From contig NC_068992.1 of assembly GCF_001194135.2 (NCBI RefSeq), positions 16,692,540-16,756,539 of the forward strand: 64,000 nucleotides of DNA, written 5' to 3'. The notes beneath the pieces were generated by a model that did no database searches, was not told where the DNA came from, and worked only from the letters and a program-made list of their open reading frames with translations. Made by a program: the position numbers and the translations under genes. The number at the start of each line of letters is the position of its first letter. The first letter of the stretch is position 1. Positions 27,244 through 40,675 of the stretch are shown here, one piece after another. The DNA is from Octopus bimaculoides. Taxonomy: Eukaryota.

Positions 27244-29817
27244 GCAGAGAGAGAGAGAGAGGGGTTAGATAGATAGATAAATAGACAGAGAGAGAGAGAG
27301 AGGGAGAGAGAGAAACATACAGCTCCCGTCTACCATGTCTATATAAAGGCATTAGGACTACAATAGAAACACTAGTAATTCAACGTGGCTACGAAATCGT
27401 GCCAGCGCCTTTAAGTACAAATGTCGAAAATTATTTTGAAATTTTAATAACTTTTCCGAAAAAAAAAAAGAAGCTATAAGAAAATTCCTAAATTCTAAAA
27501 TAATGTGATCTAATATTACTATGATTTGCTATTGTTGCTGTACGTGAACAATATGCCAATTATTTATTTCAAAATTATGATTACCATTATAATATTTTCA
27601 TGATAGTGAAAGTTACTCTAAGCTAAATTGTTGGCGTAAGTGACAGTGCAGTACTCGGCGTACAGAAATGAAGCGAATATAGTTAATTTCACCGTAGAAT
27701 GTGAGCAGTGTTGTAACGAAAATTATGTTAAAAATTAGAAATAAAGATAATGTTTTTATTAAATATATGTCACGAATAGAATTTTTAAGATTTCATTATT
27801 ATTTCAGCGTGATTCCAAATGATGGTATGACTTGTGTTTTTGCTTTGTTAATTTCGATGGCAAATATAGATTGTGTTGCATTCCGATTACACACATACGC
27901 ACACGCCTTCAAAAAAACACACACATACACACAACATATATACAAATAGACGCACATATACAGAGACGGAGAGAAAATGAGGAGGATTATTTTAGTGTTT
28001 TCGAATCCCTTGTCTTTTAGTTCAAATGTGTGTCTACTTGTGTGAGCGTGAGTATGCATATATGCATGTCTGTAGCTAGTTAGTTATGTGTCGGTATATA
28101 CGTATACATTCATACTATACGCTACACAGACATTTTGTACAACTATCAAGATATCCTTAATTAAGCTTAGTATTCAATTATATTGGTATCATTCAACTCA
28201 ATATACCACTTCTCTACTGCTTCTGTTACATTTAGAAATCATTAATCTGCAAGTGAGTTTATAAGCTATAGGCTGAATTTCCCTTCTAAAGTGTAAAGGA
28301 CGATAGGAACTTATAAAATTTTAAAATAATCTTCATGAGATAAAAAAAAAAAGATTATAAGATATGAAGTTTTTCAGATTTACCATTCTTATTTTATGTG
28401 GACAATATTTCATTCGTTTTTGTATCTGATTTACATGATTCTTTATGTGAATTTGTGTTTTGAAGCAAATTTTGTTGCGTTTGAGGAGAGTCATATTGTC
28501 TTAATGCATTATTATATAACACACTCACCGATTCGATTTCCACTCATTTATTATTTATATGTTTCCTTCCAAAACTTCCGTTGCTTTTGCAACCATGGCA
28601 ATGGATGGAGATTCTCATGTTGAGAGTCACCATCCTTTGACAAGATAGCAATCCAATATTGAGAATATTATTTGGCTGAGTGAATTCCAACGCTTTTAAG
28701 TGGGAAGTATCGAACATGAATTATTTCACTCTTACTCCTAAGTCCCTTTCTATAGACATGTTTACACGAGGTTTTATTATTCGTCCTATAAACATGTCTA
28801 TGAGTTTATAGGGCGAGACAAACACAACAGTATCTGATGTTTTGCGAAAGAAAAAAAAACGCTTTCTATAGTGATATACGAATTATTTAAGCTCATTTGC
28901 AACTATAATTCCTTTGTGAGAAGTGTATTTAACTGCAAATGTCTGGCTTTCTGAAACTCTTACTCGATTCTGTCGTACACTCTTCTAACCTTTCGGTAAA
29001 ATACGAGCCTATATTACATTAGATACAACCGGGTAATACCTCTGTAATAATCGCTTATTTTTTTTCTGATCAACATGGATTCCTAAATCAACATGTAAGT
29101 TTTACACAAAATGATTACGCAGTCAGTTAGAAAGGAAATGTAACACGAGATTATATATTAATTCTTTGCAGCGAAATGAGTGCTATGTTTAATTGTATCT
29201 GTTCTACTAAACAGTGATTAATCGAAGCTCTTTATGCGAAAGTTTATAAATTGAGAATATATTTTATTACCTACAATTCATTGACGTAATTGGATATAGC
29301 AATCAATTATTTTATTGGAATGTCCACTGTAATGATAGTTTAAATTCGATGTGAATTAAAATACAAGTGAAGTTACCGTATATATTCTTGAAAAATTCCA
29401 ATACATGAATAATTAAGAGATAACATATAAAAAGAATCTCATTTACGCTTTCAAATAGATCAAATATACAATTTATTACTTAATCGATAATGCATTAGTC
29501 AGAGTGATAAAATCCTAAAAGCTTAAATCTCCAGACAAACGGATTTGCATTCTTTAAGGTCTTCACAATATATTCTGTGTTCAATTCTGCATCTGACCAA
29601 AGTTAGTTTGTCCATAGGATAGAATTAGAGACCTAAGAATGGCAGAGAAAACTATAAAACAACATATACAATATGTCGAAAAAGATGAAATTAAAAAAAA
29701 AAGTACAAGATACACATCTACATTACGGCCGACTAGATNNNNNNNNNNNNNNNNNNNNNNNNNNNNNNNNNNNNNNNNNNNNNNNNNNNNNNNNNNNNNN
29801 NNNNNNNNNNNNATATA

Positions 29818-29853
<36 letters not shown>

Positions 29854-29880
29854 TGCTGTATGTATGTATGTGTGTGTATA

Positions 29881-31080
29881 TAGGAGGTTTGATCAATAAG
29901 TATCCGGACTAGTCCTTTGAAAAGAAAATTGCGACACTTTCCAATTTCGCATTTAATCTCCTTCAGAATAGTCCCCTTCCGAAGCCACACACTTAATCCA
30001 GCGCTATTTCCATTCATGGAAGCCTTCCTGGAACTCGTTTTCTGGGATAATAAGCAGCTGCCTCGTCACATTCCTTTGATATCCTCGACATCTTGAAATC
30101 TTCCTTTCAAGCGGGATTTTATTTTTGGAAAGAGGGAAAAGTCTCAAGGGACGAGATCTGGGCAATACGGTACCTGTCGGACCTGGAGAATTCTATGCCT
30201 AGTCAAAAGCTGCTGCACAAGCTGGGCTGAATGAAAAGGTGTGTTGTCACGGTGGAATTGCCGCTCACTGAACGCCGCAAAATTTCACGGTAGTACTCCT
30301 TGTTTAGTGTCTGACTAGCTGGAGCATACTCATGCTGAACAATCGCCTTGTAGGCGAAGAAAACTGTGAATAGTTTCTTCACATTGATTCAGTCTCGGAG
30401 AGGCTAGGAGCTTCCACTGCGAAGACTTTGTTTCAGGGTCATAGCCATAGTCCCACGATTCATCACCTGTTTTGACAGTTATCGATACATCGTTTTCGAC
30501 ACAATCAAGGAGACCTTTTGCAACTGAAACCCGAGTGTCTTTTTTATTAGTTTTGGCATATACTTTGCAGACAAGCATCTCACACCCAAATCTTCTGTGA
30601 TAATAGGTTGAAGTAAATCGTAACGAATCTGCACATCCTCGGAGAACTCACGGATAGGGATTCGACGATTTCTCCTCACAGCTGCACGCACATCTGTTAT
30701 GTTTTTCTCAGTTCTGCTGGTTGCGGGTCTCCCAGAACATTCGTCACTATCGACATGTTTTTTTTTTTGGCTCATACACTCCTCTCCATACACTTTCTGT
30801 CCATTTGCTTAGGCCTCTGAGCAGGTATCACCAACCTTTTGGCAAAACGTGTTGCAGATTCTCTGCTCAACTTTCTCTGTCATGATCAATGCTACCTTCA
30901 CACACTACACATGTTTATTTCAAAGACTGCCGTACACAGCGGAAGTGAGCTAGACCTTTACAACTTAATGCGCATGCAGAGCAGAACGCAAGGTGAATTT
31001 GTACCAAGAAGCTACACTCTGCGTGCTTTAGTTTCGTTACTATGGAAAACAGTTCCGATACTTATTGATCAGACCATATA
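29881..31080 (-). mobile_element. Near full-length decayed mariner (Tc1/mariner) transposon, about 1.2 kb, with both TIRs
   Basis: The left TIR GGTTTGATCAATAAGTATCCGGACT (about 29886-29910) matches the reverse complement of the right end, GGTCTGATCAATAAGTATCGGAACT (about 31051-31075), in TA context. The transposase pseudogene spans 30883-29953: MTEKVEQRIC..VYGEECMS..DDECSGRPATSRT..KYMPK..KTGDESWDYGYDPETK..HRDNTPFHS..PYCPDLVP..RWIKCVASEGDYSEGD*. Confidence 0.92.
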
Positions 31081-32299
31081 TATCTTTTTGTCTAGCTGTG
31101 TGCGAATATGGAATGTCAGTATTTGCTTAACATTGCACATATTTATAGCAACAAACACTAGATATCCTCATTTTTATCCTTACATATTTAACGCAGAACT
31201 AAATATTGTGTAGCACATCAAAGCTGAAGTGGCCTGCCTACACTAACGACGTTTTCCAAGAAAATGACAATGTTCATTTAATTAGAAACATCTAGCCAGT
31301 TTGTTTGTTTCAACAAATATCAGTTTGACCATTCAAACCTGATCATATTAAATATAACCGTTTCAAATTTAAAATCAAGAAGAGAGGTTTACTTGAAAGC
31401 TTCAAACGCAGTCCCTATCTGGCACTTAATTTTATCGGCCCTGGAGGGATGAAAGGTAGTTTGTCTTGTTTGTGTTCGAGGTCACACCATAAAAAGCCGC
31501 GCAAGGAAGATTGCAAGTCATTGTTTCGGTGATATAATGATTCCATCAATATGAACCTGCAATATTTTTGAATCTGTCAGAGGGTCAGTAATTTTGAAGC
31601 AAGCATATTCGATTACATTGAGCCTCGGTATTTGACCCGTACTTTCTTATATTGACCAACACTGGCACCCATAATCACCCTCGCTTCTCTGAATTCATTC
31701 AGACCCGTAATTGGTACGTTTTTCCTGAGTATACCTGCCTGCATCTCATTCTTTGTCGTATCATTCTTTGCCATGGATGGCCCGCCTCAGGTTATCAATG
31801 CTTATTTTTTTTATTGCTAACAACTTATTGGGATTAATAATCGTGTACATATGCTTTCATAGAGTAACTTTCTGCTTTCTTAATCCATACATTAGCCAAC
31901 ACCGCCAACGCAAACTGAGCCGACTTTCTTTCTACTAAACACATAACGTCATTCTATTTTTACATAACCCACAAATTAGCGGCCTACTCCAGCTTCCTCA
32001 TTTTCCTAAACCCACATAATTACGTTACTATCATATTAACGTCCCTTGGCTATTAAAAACTCCTTTGGTTGTTAAAAACCGTTTTTGGGAGGAAAACACA
32101 AATCTGTTCTGCCCATACTCGTTTTATAATTACATTTTTAAACACTTTACGCTGGTAATTTTTTTTATTCCCTTATTTCCTGCTCTGTTTGTCATGAGAG
32201 TGCTGCATTCCCAGTCACGAGGAATTTCCCATTCTATCTTTTCATAGTGTTGTTATATACCTTGTACTCATAAACGTTTTTGATACTTTTCATGAAATA

Positions 32300-32705
32300 T
32301 GATATATGGTTTTCTACTAGGCAAAAGCGACGATTCTTATTTAGAGATGTTACAAAAAAGAATCGGAAGAGATGTCTATTACGGTGCGATTCAGCTTTGA
32401 GATCATCGGTGTATGACGGGGTCAGTATAATCTCCTTTAAGGAGCTTGAACTGAAATTTATATATATATTTGAATGTGATGTGTGCCAGAGGGCTTGCAA
32501 GTTCAATGGGGGTCTTAAAAGACATGTTAGGATCGACAATGCGCAGAACTTACTTGCAGGTATTCGTAGTACAAATCAGAGGTGCAATCTGTGTGGGAGT
32601 TTTTTCAATTCATTGTCTGGTTTAAAAAGTCTCATCAGACGCCATGAAAGGGCTAAAGTGTAGGTGCAGGAGGTGTTCTAACTCTGTGTAAGGAGTAGAC
32701 AACCA
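32300..32705 (+). mobile_element. 3' end of an RTE-type LINE with two degenerate C2H2-like zinc fingers
   Basis: ORF 32280..32663 ends with FECDVCQRACKFNGGLKRHVRI..RCNLCGSFFNSLSGLKSLIRRHERAKV*. A short UTR and a (CA)n/(TA)n tail follow. There is no splice context. Confidence 0.55.
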
Positions 32706-32806
<101 letters not shown>

Positions 32807-33890
32807 CACTTAGTGAACAATGTGGTAATCCTGTTCTAAGGACACGAATGTATCTCCTGATGTGTCTTCGTACCTTGCAACCATTTTGGCAAATGGCACA
32901 AGTTGAGGGATCGTGTTCTCGAGTGCTCGTGTATCATTAACTATGTGTTTTTCTGCGTGGCTGGCAAGGCATTCCTTGCTTCGTACACAAAACCACAGTA
33001 ACATGTAAGTTTTCCATTTAGAGAAACAGCGTTTTGCATCTATATATGCACGACTTATGCTAGTTAAGTAACATCCGTATAAGTTGTAGCTAACATCACA
33101 GAAATACCTAGTTTTACAATTACATTATGTAGATAGAGATACAAATGTGCTCGTATACTAAAACCTTAGTAATACCTTCAATTTTCCACTTGGCGGCGTC
33201 CAATAACATTTTTAGGATCACACATAGTGAATGTTTCCTAGGTATGTGTTTGTGTTCTGCGATGTAATTCCAAAGACCTATATACTAATATTCATGTCAC
33301 ATATTAACCTAGCATGACCACATGTCACTTCATTTGTTTCAACTATTGATAAAAGTATATGGACATAAACAATTGAAATAACTATTATAATAACTGGCGT
33401 GGATTCAATTTACGTTTTATACCTTATATATATATTTATTTATTTATTTATTTATGTGTATCAACATAGGTTATATAATATAATTGCAAACAAATAATCA
33501 ATGAAGATTGTATAATACAAAATGTATTTATGAATGAAATACTATTTGGTTCAGATGTTTGAAAACTAATGAATTCTTAAGGCCATTCACATAATCTGGC
33601 GAGTCATTACCAAATGTATAGGGATTTATGAGAATATATTGGAAACAATATGCCACAAACAAATTGGTTACAGGATCTCAGTAACAATAACATGAATGTC
33701 ATAACTATATAAGAATTATTCAATATATACAGATTATTTTTCTACTCCAGTTGCACATAGTAAACCAAAATTCAAACCTTTTGTCCGTGATTTATATCCT
33801 CACTTTAAAACTATAGCCAATTTATCCAGATCAACATTATTCGGTTCCTATAACACAGTAATATTGATTTAGTGTGTCATTCCTTTTTAC

Positions 33891-33946
33891 ATTCCCTTAC
33901 CTTTTCTTGAAGAGGGTCCAATGCCCGAAACGTCGTAACGTGGAAT
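33891..33946 (+). ncRNA. Type I minimal hammerhead ribozyme relic with a 6-nt insertion in the core
   Basis: Layout is ATTCC-C-TTAC | C[TTTTCT]TGAAGA | GGG-TCCAATG-CCC | GAAA | C-G-TC | GTAA-CGT-GGAAT. Stem I is TTAC/GTAA plus ATTCC/GGAAT, stem II is GGG/CCC, stem III is the palindrome ACGT, and the cleavage triplet is GUC. Confidence 0.6.
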
Positions 33947-34898
33947 TTGTTTATGATTCTTCATTAAAGCACAAAAATTTAATTTACAATTTACTCTTTT
34001 TTCTTGTTTTTATTTCGTTTCTCATAATTCCTTGGATATTTTATATTGTTTGATTTTCTAGATTTTTTGACCAGGCTATTTAAACAAAATAGTAGTGTAT
34101 GTTGAAAGACATGCATGCCATGATTACACCAAATGTAGATATATCCGTTTACGTTGTTAGAATAAATAACGGAAATAGATATTCCTGTATTGTAGTTGTA
34201 ACAATCAAATATTTTCCAAGGGCATAAGTGTCGTAAATAAAATGAAATATTTAGTGAGTTCACGTAGTGACAATGCATATAAAATATAATAAACCTTCAC
34301 GTCAGTGGTCAATAGAGATAGATTTTTTTCACAATAGAAATTGCCTGTATCTCTGCACAGAGCCAATTTTTCAGCGGGTATTGTAGACTTCGTTTAACTG
34401 ATTTACGCATCTTGCTGGTATACATTTCAACAATCCTTTTGAGCAACGAACACAAACTCATCCTCTGTGTAATTCACAGCACTACACTTTTGTTGTTGAA
34501 GACACCAACTCAGAGGAAGGGATACTTTGATTAAAACAATAGATTTCCTGATTATTTACCTTACACCAGCACCTTTTGAATCAATATACCAATATATTGT
34601 GAATGTGAATCAGGGCAAGGAACCGTTTGCACCCATGATTCCCAAGCGGATTAGAAGAATTACCAGTAGCAGAAATATACATCTCGATATCTACTGCCCT
34701 GCAGAATTAAATTGATTCCTATAAAAGAAATTATTTTCAAAAAGAATGCATCGATCAAGTTTAGATTTAAAACAATCAGAGATTTATGTTGAGAGAAGGC
34801 AACCGGGTTTTAGATTCATTTCAAGTTGTTCGTTATACTTTTCATTGATTCGTAGATTCCGTATGTTATTACACTGTTGAGCAATGTGGATGTTTCTA

Positions 34899-35009
34899 TT
34901 ATATACATTCGCTAGATGTAGTGCTTTCTCTTAGGCTTTCGTGTCTACGACGAATTGACTTTTGGTAATTCCTTGAATGATTCAGAATATCCTTGCATTT
35001 CGCCACAAC
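34899..35009 (-). CDS. Protein-kinase-domain gene, terminal coding exon (end of subdomain XI helix plus tail, stop)
   Basis: Acceptor gtattattgcAG|GTT, phase 0, matching the upstream donor. It reads VVAKCKDILNHSRNYQKSIRRRHESLRESTTSSECI*, with TAA at 34901-34899, and continues RPKFKE|VV as expected for a kinase domain. Confidence 0.8.
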   Translation of the reverse strand, partial: VVAKCKDILNHSRNYQKSIRRRHESLRESTTSSECI

Positions 35010-37221
35010 CTGCAATAATACATTTACAAAGACAATTAAATAATATAATGATTTGTTTATTTTTAGGAAGTCAGTCATAGAGATAACATATGTAGATGTG
35101 CTATTTCAAAGAGAGTGATAGGAAATATAGCTCATCGGGATTCAGAGTTTACGAAAATATCATTTCAAAGAGAAAAATAAAGTATATACCCAATCAGAGT
35201 TCAGATTTCTTTAAAATCAGTCCTTACATTTCTCTTCCTGCTCATTAAAAAAATCAATTTTATAAAATTGATATTTCGTTTCTCTTCGCTGAATTTCGGT
35301 TCAATTTGATCTCCAGACATAGTGCTTGGAAACTAAAATGTAGTTCAATACCTACGAAGGGCCGTATATTTTGTAAAGGAGGAATATATCGAATCCTGTC
35401 AAATACGTCTAATACATATCATGACTTTTGTCTACGAATTCGTGAATTATTCCAACGCCAAAGATTTAAATGATATGCACAGACGTTCATCACGATTATG
35501 AAGTATACGGTTTTGTCTTTATGTCTATTTTATATTAGTGCATCGCATAAAAAATAAAGTCAATTTATTGTTTGGCAACTTCTATATCTCAGCTAATCAT
35601 TCGTATTTTTTGAAGTATAATATTCAGTTGGAAGTGGTTTTGCAATTTCTTTTTGCATCACTATGTTCAGCATTAGACGGTGTCCTGCTGTCATATAAAC
35701 AATAAAGACGTAGTATAGATATTAAGAACGTGATTTATATTTTTTCTTTCGGTTATCATATATGCAATAGGATACTGAAAACCCGGTATTACCATGTCAT
35801 GAACACAGTTAACGACAATGACGCTTTTGATTCTACATCCATATTTCGTAATAGTGATGTGTTATGTCTTTACTTCACATTATACTTCATAGAAAATTAT
35901 AATTGAAAGATGTGCACTTTCTAATATGCTATTATTCGTCTCTATTATTCCAATTTTAATTTCATATATTTCCCACATCGAGTGACAGTTACAGAAATAT
36001 CTACTTTGATTAACACTGAGAATCTCTGTTTTTTGTTTTAGTATATTATGAAGGCAAACAAATATGTCTGCGAAACAGAGTAGCAGCTAAGTATGTTTGT
36101 GACACACAAGGGTTGAATATGATACCGTAAAGATAGCTATTAAATATCTTGCATATCGACTTGTTTTATAATAAGTAGTTTTGTACAACATTGATCAGCA
36201 AAACACCATGGCTGGCATTGCTTCAGTTCGACTAAACATGTTCTAAAATAACATGCAGCTTCTAGCACGTACGTAGTTTTCTGATTCTGGACAAAGACCA
36301 AGGCCGAAATATAGTTGTATCACAAGATTTCAGCGTGAATTTAAAGACATCAAATATCGGGAATCCAAAAGTATAGATCCTACTTTATTTGCAAATATGT
36401 ATCCCAGCTTTCTAATTGTTCCTCTTCTGGAATTTGATAAATGGACAACTCTATAATCATTCGGTCATTATACCTACCTAGTATGAGAGAAGAGACTGAC
36501 CCTTGAAGGAATAATAAGTTTTGCATCAGAGCGGATTCTGCTAAAGGAATCCATCGCCAGGATAATTTTAGTGGGTGGGTTAAATTTAAGTAATATTCGT
36601 AAGTTTATTTCTCACAATTATTACAAACATTTAAAAATGAATAGGGCCTATATAGCAAGGAGTTACTTACTTTACAATGACATTTTAAACTTTATTATAC
36701 CTTCCCAATAATGTTGATTGTACAACAATCCATTTATACCCAGAGGATTATAAATTGCTATACACTAATCTAGAAATCATTCATCTAAGATTCTATTTGT
36801 AAGATTATTGTAAATGGAAATGTTTACGGAGAATAAAGTTAGATTATTTGATGAAGGATATTCAGAAATTCATGAATTTCTAAATATACGGGTTTCAAGA
36901 GTGATTTTCAATTTCCCAATTTCATTTATATTTTAATAAGTCTGAAATTGCATGTGAAGCTGCTCGTTCTTCCACAATTAAATGACTAGGTGTGAGGTTC
37001 AAGCAAGATTGGAAAACGTGTAGAACAACGTCTGAAGCTAGTTCATTCTACATTATCGTTATGATGTCTTATATAAGTTCCACTTAATTATTTCTTGAAC
37101 CTGGGATATCCACCCATAACGAATAGTGCAGCTAAAAATTGATTCTCCTACTCTGGCTTGTTTTAACCGATCAGTTATCGTCTCTCTAAGATATGTTTCT
37201 ACGAGAGTTAGATTATTCAGC

Positions 37222-37417
37222 ACAGGGCCTGAAATTTGGGGGCGAAGGATAGTCGATTACATCGACCCCGGTACTCAACTGGTACTTAATTTATCGACCC
37301 CGAAAGAATGAAAGGCAAAACCGACCTCGGCGGAATTTGAACTCAGAACGTAGCGGCAGACGAAATACCAGTAAGCCTTCTGTCCGGCGAGCTAATGATC
37401 TTGACAGCTCACCGCCT
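37222..37417 (-). mobile_element. SINE family A copy, best preserved (last kinase intron)
   Basis: Contains TAGTCGATTACATCGACCCCGGTACTCAACTGGTACTTAATTTATCGACCCCGAAAGAATGAAAGGCAAAACCGACCTCGGCGGAATTTGAACTCAGAACGTA. Confidence 0.88.
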
Positions 37418-39345
37418 TTCATGCACAAAGTAATGTGGTTCCGTTGGATTAGCTAAACTTTGTGATCTTCGGATCTATATTATTTGTAACATCATAAATA
37501 TTATTAAAATATATTCTCTCGGCAAGAAATGCCAGTCATTATCGTTGTCTGCTGATGTGGAAACTCGTTCAAATTAGTAGAGTTCGGTAAATGATTTTTC
37601 CGATGAAAGACAAAGAATTGTCTTGTCAAAATCTGTTTGCATTTCTTGATTCTAAGTTGATATTTCTGAGAAACATTCATAAGGTTGTTTACATTAACAA
37701 GATAGAGGAATAATTGAATGATTCATTTCTAACGAAAAAGCTACACGTTGACAGCTAGAGCTACATCACTCTATTAACGATGTATACATGTATTTAAGTA
37801 TAAATTAATATAGACATGTCGCTCTACTGTGTATTTAGCATTTCATTGTAAAGATTACAAGACACATTAACGATTTCTTCTATGTTCATCTTCAATTACC
37901 TCTGATATCCGTTCAAATTAATTCATTCATTGATAAATCCTTGTAGGTTGGCCCTATTTGTGTACTGGCAAAAATTCGTGAGAAAACTATACACAGTTAT
38001 AAACATTTTACAGAGTTAATGATGTGATATGAGTTAATGTGCATTTATACTTGCATGCATGTATCTGTTGACTGTATGTTTCCGAAATAGGTGAGTCCCA
38101 ATATGAAAGATATGAATGCCTATTATCGATTTAGCATAGGTCATTTCTTATGGCACACATCTCATTCATTTTCTTTCTATATATTGAGTTAATTTTACGA
38201 TGCATTACAGCTCTGATTCACTTAGAAGGCAGTAACTACATTAAGTATTCTGGGTAGCAAAATCTTATGTGCAATGTGTATAATTATGCCTCAATCAAAC
38301 GTGAAAGACGACTGTCCATGAGATACGAGAGTATTTTTTTTTATTAGTGTGACTACACTCAAGGCATAAATCAACCGGATAGAAGTATTTAGCCAGCTGA
38401 CAGGTCGAATCTAACTTAACATTTGTATGTAAGCTTATATCCAACATTGAAAATGTTGTCCATACCCAGGATTTATGATGAACGTGTTTTATTTTCAATG
38501 AGATTTCAATGCTAATTTTAAATCACCAACAAGATTTCTACTGCAACGAAAATCCTTCTCAAGAAGTAATATTTGAATTCAGATCTGGGAGGTAGCTCAG
38601 TCGTTCAGAATTAGGTTGTATTATATTCTGACGAACACTTTACGAAATGTTGACGTATAAAATCGGCGGTGAGTGTTCTGTTCTGTCAGCCTCAGGTCTA
38701 ATCACCATATATACATATATAATCACTATATATATATATATATATATNNNNNNNNNNNNNNNNNNNNNNNNNNNNNNNNNNNNNNNNNNNNNNNNNNNNN
38801 NNNNNNNNNNNNNNNNNNNNNNNNNNNNNNNNNNNNNNNNNNNNNNNNNNNNNNNNNNNNNNNNNNNNNNNNNNNNNNNNNNNNNNNNNNNNNNNNNNNN
38901 NNNNNNNNNNNNNNNNNNNNNNNNNNNNNNNNNNNNNNNNNNNNNNNNNNNNNNNNNNNNNNNNNNNNNNNNNNNNNNNNNNNNNNNNNNNNNNNNNNNN
39001 NNNNNNNNNNNNNNNNNNNNNNNNNNNNNNNNNNNNNNNNNNNNNNNNNNNNNNNNNNNNNNNNNNNNNNNNNNNNNNNNNNNNNNNNNNNNNNNNNNNN
39101 NNNNNNNNNNNNNNNNNNNNNNNNNNNNNNNNNNNNNNNNNNNNNNNNNNNNNNNNNNNNNNNNNNNNNNNNNNNNNNNNNNNNNNNNNNNNNNNNNNNN
39201 NNNNNNNNNNNNNNNNNNNNNNNNNNNNNNCATTATGAAATGACTTTCCTTACACTTTGCTGTAACAAATACGTGTATTAAGATCTAAACCCTGGTAAGT
39301 ATATCCATGTATGTATGTATGTATGTATGTATGCATGCATGTATG

Positions 39346-39376
<31 letters not shown>

Positions 39377-39512
39377 GTTAGTCCTCTTCTTTTGTCACGC
39401 TCTGCACTTCCCTGAAATTTTTTCCGTAAAGCATACGTGTAGTACGTTTTAACCAGTGTTAATTCCAGTACCTATGCCTAATTGAAATCAAAAAATATAT
39501 AAAACCGTTTTG

Positions 39513-39550
<38 letters not shown>

Positions 39551-39634
39551 AGTGTGTGTGTGTGTGTGTGCGTGTGCTGTGTGTGTGTATGCGCGAGCGT
39601 ATGAATGTCTACGTATGTATTTATAAATATTTAC

Positions 39635-39763
39635 CTCTTTGAACTTCGGCCGTTTCTGAGGATCCTGATTCCAGCAATACTGGAAAAGCTCTTTATATTC
39701 TGGCTGGTAGTCCACAGATTCCTTTAGTCCTGGTCTAACATTCTTCAATATACTTATTAATAC
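39635..39763 (-). CDS. Protein-kinase-domain gene, internal exon (subdomains X-XI)
   Basis: Acceptor ttttttttattgtAG|GTA and donor GAG|GTAAAT, 129 bp, phase 0/0. It reads VLISILKNVRPGLKESVDYQPEYKELFQYCWNQDPQKRPKFKE, containing the CWxxDPxxRPxF motif. Confidence 0.92.
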
Positions 39764-40170
39764 CTACAATAAAAAAAAGGAAACCACACGTTATACTACT
39801 AATAACCAATCAATAAATCAATCATGTGTTTTAATGTAAGCTGTCCTTTCTCATTTATCCCACTTTTCCGTGAGACAAAAAAGTAACACGAATGAAACTT
39901 ACTCTCGGAGACAATATGTCTGTATATCCTGTGCCTACTGATCGATATAATTATTTCGATTGTTTGTTTGCTTTTTATTATTTCCTACAGTCGTATTTGT
40001 CGAGGTTTTTGGCTCCGGTGAGACGAAACAAGAATCACAAATGGTTACAAGAAACAATATTTGAATAATCCGTTGGAAGATATTATGTTGCTAGAAAGCA
40101 TTCGTGCAGGATAAAAATGTGATCCTCGATATATCAAACTGAAAACTGTCGAACCTGTACATATGAAGGT

Positions 40171-40225
<55 letters not shown>

Positions 40226-40620
40226 NNNNNNNNNNNNNNNNNNNNNNNNNNNNNNNNNNNNNNNNNNNNNNNNNNNNNNNNNNNNNNNNNNNNNNNNNNN
40301 NNNNNNNNNNNNNNNNNNNNNNNNNNNNNNNNNNNNNNNNNNNNNNNNNNNNNNNNNNNNNNNNNNNNNNNNNNNNNNNNNNNNNNNNNNNNNNNNNNNN
40401 NNNNNNNNNNNNNNNNNNNNNNNNNNNNNNNNNNNNNNNNNNNNNNNNNNNNNNNNNNNNNNNNNNNNNNNNNNNNNNNNNNNNNNNNNNNNNNNNNNNN
40501 NNNNNNNNNNNNNNNNNNNNNNNNNNNNNNNNNNNNNTACATATATATATATACATATATATACATATATATATATATTCATATATGTATATACATATAT
40601 ATATATATGTACGTATATAC

Positions 40621-40675
<55 letters not shown>

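Noticed and set aside
36046-36085. ATGAAG-GCAAAC..GTCTGC-GAAAC-AGA-GTA hammerhead-like motif
   Set aside because: It has two core mismatches, a stem II mismatch and no stem I. This is too weak in AT-rich DNA.
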